The notes under the pieces: model-generated
Told to the model about the DNA's origin: nothing
The model's input: the letters and a program-made list of their open reading frames with translations, nothing else
The model's database searches: none
Shown here: piece after piece, positions 58,801 through 64,000 of the stretch
How positions within the stretch are numbered: position 1 is the first letter of the stretch
How the letters are laid out: every line of letters begins with the position of its first letter
Origin: the human T2T-CHM13v2.0 reference genome, Homo sapiens
Direction of reading: 5' to 3'
NCBI GenBank assembly: GCA_009914755.4
Contig: CP086569.2
Coordinates: 8,032,001-8,096,000, forward strand
Length of the DNA stretch: 64,000 nt
Program-made: the position numbers and the translations under genes

Positions 58801-61800
58801 ATCACAATGCACCATAAGTGCAGGGCAAATGAAGTAGAAGTCACATCGCTTACATGATAGACCTAGATATAAGCTACAATGCCTTTTATAGGCAGAGATA
58901 AGGCAAATAATTTACCTCGGCTGGGTGCTGGTCCCAGTGATATGTAAAAGTCCAATTTGTAGGCAGGTCCAGGCACCTTTGCTTAGGTTTATGTTCCATG
59001 TATGTCACAATTTCATCCATCATCATGGTTTAAATAATGAGAGTCAATTATTCAGGAGTGGGGCTAACTTTTATGTCCTAATCACACAACAGGAAATATT
59101 CAGAAATGTTTTTCATAGTCCCACACAAGTCTTGGCTTTGTATATGGGAGTCAACACCTCCTGTGATTTGGGTCAAAACAGAGGAGTCACAATCTGAACA
59201 ATGCACAAGATCCATGTATAAGATGCCAATTCCACTTGAAGATTGTGTTCCAGGAAGAGAGTCACAGCTTCACAGGTCTGCTGATTCATGCATCACCAAA
59301 GAACCCATTGGTCAGATTCGTGTATGAAAGAAAAAAATTCAAATTTTGACTGCTTTTTTTTTTAGTGAGATTTAGCACCTTATTTGTAGGCCCTATGCTT
59401 TGAGAGAATGACAATCACGTCAGCTGGGTGTGCATCCAAGAGTGAAAATAACATTTGGTTGCTGTTCTCTGTTATAACATTCTTTGTACCACTCACACTT
59501 TACATGATATGCTTGAGTGTCATAATCCTCTGTGAAATGTATACAATTAGGAGACCGATTACTTTACTTATGGCCATAAGGCTGCTATGAGAATCAAAAT
59601 ATCTCTCCTTTCTGGGTCTAGGTATGGTAGTTATATTTCTTCATGGTAGCTCAACCCAGGTATGTGTGCCAATTTCAACTGTGGGAAGAAACATGGTAGG
59701 AGAGTCTCACAACATGGATGCCTAGCTCAGGATACATTATAATCTCCTTTGCAAGCCATGCCAAGTCAGAAGACTCACGTCACCTGGGTACAGCCTCAAG
59801 TAATATGGTCTCGTGTCCGCTGTAGACAGGATTGAAGAAAAATAGGATAATCACACCACCTAGGTGCTGGGATTAGCAATATGTAATAATTGCTTGTTTT
59901 GGCCAGCTCCAGAATACAGAGAATAGTTGCATGCAATTGTATGTCACAATTTCTTTAATAGGTAAGACCTAGGCAGGAGAGAAGAGTCACATTTCCTAAA
60001 TGTTACCCCTGGAGGATGTCACAATGTTCCTTGGGGGCAAAGCAGAGGCAAAATAGAAAAATCAACTAGCAGATGGGTTCAGAGATATGTATTATCCATA
60101 CTTGGCAGGACCCCAGCAGAAAAGTCACATTATTATGATTCTGCCCCAATGATATGTCACAATGCACACAAGGGAAACAATTTAAACAAAAGTTTTAACA
60201 ACTGGGTACTAGGCTCAGTGATTAGACAAAATCTCCTCATATTTTAGGGTGACACCTTCAACAGTTATCTTGGTGTGTATATGAGTCACATTGTCAAGTG
60301 TGTGCTGCATCATTGTATGACACCCTCTACAACATCTGAGGGCTTTATACAGCAAGCATGAAAGTTGCAAACTACTCTGAGGCCCACATGCTCACATGGA
60401 CTCTCGATCTTATATATTGCCTTAAACTTGGGTGTGATAGTCAACATCTCTCATTTAGGCTGAGTTCAGGAGTGAGACTTATTTTTATGCCTCTGAATTG
60501 GCTCTAAAAATGAGACGCAATCACCCCTGTGGCCAGATCCACAAATTATAGTCACAATTCCAACTTTGAACTGTTTTTACTTGTTGGACTCAATACCTCA
60601 ACAATGGGCTTTGTAAATGTGGGATGGTGATAACCTTTACTTTCACCTGGGAGCTTAATTGAGAGTCACAATCCTAACTTTTTTTCTAGGCCTTGTTATG
60701 AATCTCTCTGTACCACCAAAGGAGTTTATACAATATTAATTAGTGTTGTAAATTTCTCTGAGTTTTGTACAAATATGCAAACCAGGATTTTACCTATTGC
60801 CCTAAGTCTAGTGATGAGAGGCAAAATATCTTCTATTGGTTGAATCCCAATATAAGTTTGAACATCATGCCTGTGAAGTGAAGCAAAGTATATGTCATAA
60901 TCTTATTTGTGGACAAAAAGGAAAAAGAATAACATCACTTTGGTTATGTGGTGAGCAACTTGTCACCATGCCTTCTCTAAGAAGGATATAGGAAGGAGGG
61001 TCCTATTATCTGGGAGCTGGACACAACAATATTACACAGTACTTCTTGTGAGAAAGATTAGCCAAAGGATGAAAGGTAAAACACCCTCAGAATAAGAAGA
61101 CATGTCAAAATTCTCTCTGTAGCTCTGGCACCAGAAGGACAGTAGCATCATCAGGGCGCTAGTCCCACCACTATGAAAAAATTGCCTCTTTATTCAGAAA
61201 TGCAGCAGAAGAGTAATATGAACTGAGTACAATAGATCAAAATTGCTCTTTGTGTGCATGGTTCAGAATAAAGAGTAGAGTCACATGACCTAAATGCTGG
61301 TCTCAGAAATATGTCCACAATCTCATCACTTTGAAGGGTGAAGCAGGGGAGGAGAATAATATCACTTAGGTCAGAGGCTCAGAGATAGATCCAAATGTCC
61401 TCAGTAGGCAGAACTCAGAAAGAAAAGGACAGTAGTATTTCCTATGTGCTTCTTTATGTATAAGTCAGAATCTAACACATGGGCAGAAACCTGGCAGAAG
61501 AGCCACTAAATTACCTGGGTTCTGGGTCCTTAGATATGTCACAAATCCCCCTTAGAATAGAAACAAGGTGAAACAGTTACATTGCCTTGGTGCCGGTTTC
61601 ACTTTCATGTCACAATGTTCTCTGTGGTTGAGGCCAAAATATTGAGTCATATCAACTAGGTGATAGAGCCAGATATATGTCACAATGTCCTCTATGAAGC
61701 ATAGCCCTGGGTAAAGAGTACCATCACCTGTGTGCCTCGCCTAGAAATATGTCACTCTCCAGGTTGGCAGGGACCAAGTAGATGAGCCGCATAACCCAGG

Positions 61801-64000
61801 AGAGAGTACCAGAGATATGTCACCAAGTAGAAGAGCCGCATAACCTAGGTGAGAGTACCAGAGATATGTCACAATGTCCTCTTTAGGGGATAGTTCTGGC
61901 AAAAAGTACCATCACCTGTGTGTCTGGCTTTGCAAAGTTACTATCCTTCCTTTGTGCAAGGCCTATCCAGAGAAGAGAGTTACATCACCCATGTGGTGGA
62001 CACAAAAATATGTCACAATAATTTTTGTGGGTGTGGCTCAAGCAAGATTGTAGAATCACGTGGATGCTAGATCCAGTGATATATCAAAACACTTACTGAA
62101 AGAAGGGCCCAGGCAGTAGAGTCACATCACCTTGAGGTTGGCCTAGGTAGGTATCACAATCCCAGATGTTGGCCTGAAGAAGTCTAGAGAGTCAAATTAA
62201 TACAGATGCCTGGCAAATAATTATATCACTATCTCACTGTCAGAAAATTCCAAAGATAAAGTTGGCAATAACACACAAGTCCTGTTTTCCTGTGTGACAG
62301 TTGACTTCATTCATGTGAGATAATGACAGTTCTTACTGTCAGGTGCATGTGCATAGAAGATTCAAACTCTCACCATGTGTTGAGCCCTGCTTTTACTCTG
62401 TCTCTATAACCCAAAGACTTTGTAAAACATATTTGAGCATTGTAATCTTTTGTGATGTTTGTATACGAAAGTTATCCAGGACATCACCCATGTCACTAAA
62501 TTGAGTTATAACAGTCAAAATATGCTCTATTTGCTGAGTCTACATATGACAGTCATTATCATTCCTGTGAGCTTTGCCTAGGTATATGTTAAAATTCCCT
62601 CTGTAGTTATGGGGCAGGCAGAACAGCAATGTCGCTGAAATGTTGGGCCAGAAATATTCCAGTATTCTCTTTGCACGAAGTCTCCTGTCTGAAATACCAC
62701 ATACCTTGTGTGCTAAATCCAGCACAGATTCCATTGTGGTCAGTGTCTAGACATGAGAGGAGAGTCATATCACCTAAAATCTGAACCCAAAAATGTCGAA
62801 ATCCCTCCTGTTGAGAGGGTCCAGAAAAGAGTGTCATGTCATTTGGATGCAATGTTTAGAAATGCTACAATTACTAAAGGAAGGTGGGTACAGGCCAAAG
62901 AGGAGAGTCATGTACCCTAAATAATAGCTTCAAAAATATGTATGTGACTATTACCCTGAAAACATCATCAAGGTAGCACAGTCAAATCACCAAGCTGCTT
63001 GACCCAGGTATTTGTCAAAATCTCATTTGTGGGCTATACCTAGGCAGAATTATTAAATTTCTCAGGTATTGGACAACGATGTATATACAATTACACTTGT
63101 GGAAAGGTTTAAAAATAAGAATCACCATCCTATACATGTCCTGTATCTAGACATAAGAGTTGTTATATGGCAGAATATCTCCTGTTGTCAGAGAGAAGGC
63201 AAAAAAGTCACATCATCTACGTGGGTGCAAGTCCAGTGAGATATGACAATCCACCTGGTGGGCAAGACCCTGGGAGAAGAGTCAGATCACCTGGAAGCTC
63301 CTTTCAGTGACATATGAAAAACTGCTTGGTGAGGGTTTTAGACTCAGAACTTCAACAGCGGCCTTTGTAAACATGGGATGGTGGCAACTTCTAATTTCAC
63401 CTGGGTGTGTAATAGAGAGTCCCAATCTGAACTGTTTGCTGGTCAACATTATGAAAATTTCTACCACAAAAGAGTTTATTCAGTACAATTTAGTGGTGTA
63501 AACTTCTATGAGCTTGGTACAAACATGCAACCCATGACCTTACCTATTGCCACAAGCCTAACAATGAAAGGCAAAATATTGTCTATTGGCTGAATCCCAA
63601 TATAAGTTTGATCATCATGACTGTGAACTGAATCAGGGTATATATTATAGTTACATATGTATGCAAAACACTAGGTAGGAGTGTAACATCATTTTGATGC
63701 TGTGCCAGAAAATATGTCACAATGCCTTCTCTGGGCAGGGTACAGAAAATTGATTCATATTAACTGCATGCTACAATATGATACAATCCCACACATGGGA
63801 AAAACCCAGTCAAGTTATGAGAGCCAAAATATATGTATAATATGCCTAATATACTCAACATACCTTGAGTAGCTCCAGCACAAGCAGGAAACTCACATAA
63901 GGGTGCTGGGACCAGCAATATGCAATGTATAAAATTAGCTGTTTATGCAGATTCCAGGTAGATAATTAACATCATCTGGGTGCTGGGCAATGCAATAAGT

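Overview
This is primate (most likely human) nuclear DNA, not a prokaryotic locus, so no defence system, operon or CRISPR array is present. I found no intact protein-coding gene and no RNA gene.

The window has three parts:

- **Array block 1 (1–21800):** a complex beta-satellite-like tandem array. Monomers are ~68–72 bp with the recurring motifs 'gagtcacatcacctaggtgctgg' and 'atatgtcacaatg'. They are organised into three homologous ~1.55-kb sub-blocks (X, Y, Z), which together form a ~4.7-kb higher-order repeat. Copies of the higher-order unit are only ~80% identical by eye.
- **Island (21801–47444):** 25.6 kb of interspersed-repeat-rich sequence. It carries Alu elements, young and old L1 elements, a pair of LTR-like direct repeats, and on the minus strand the terminal zinc-finger exon of a ZNF91-family KRAB zinc-finger pseudogene. 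This combination resembles the chr19p12 KZNF/beta-satellite landscape.
- **Array block 2 (47445–64000):** the same array in the same orientation, interrupted by two L1 insertions.

Most notable mobile-element events, all read directly from the sequence:

- A clean L1 3'-end insertion with a 20-bp target-site duplication (TSD) inside the array (11695–11995).
- An AluS with a perfect 12-bp TSD (37383–37678).
- An L1 with a twin-priming 5' inversion, a ~118-bp 3' transduction and a 20-bp TSD (48826–49879).
- A second L1 whose two flanks are non-adjacent phases of the higher-order repeat, implying an insertion-associated deletion or recombination (51070–52826).

The many short six-frame ORFs inside the array are artefacts of the periodic sequence. 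Coordinates are eyeballed and carry roughly ±20 bp.
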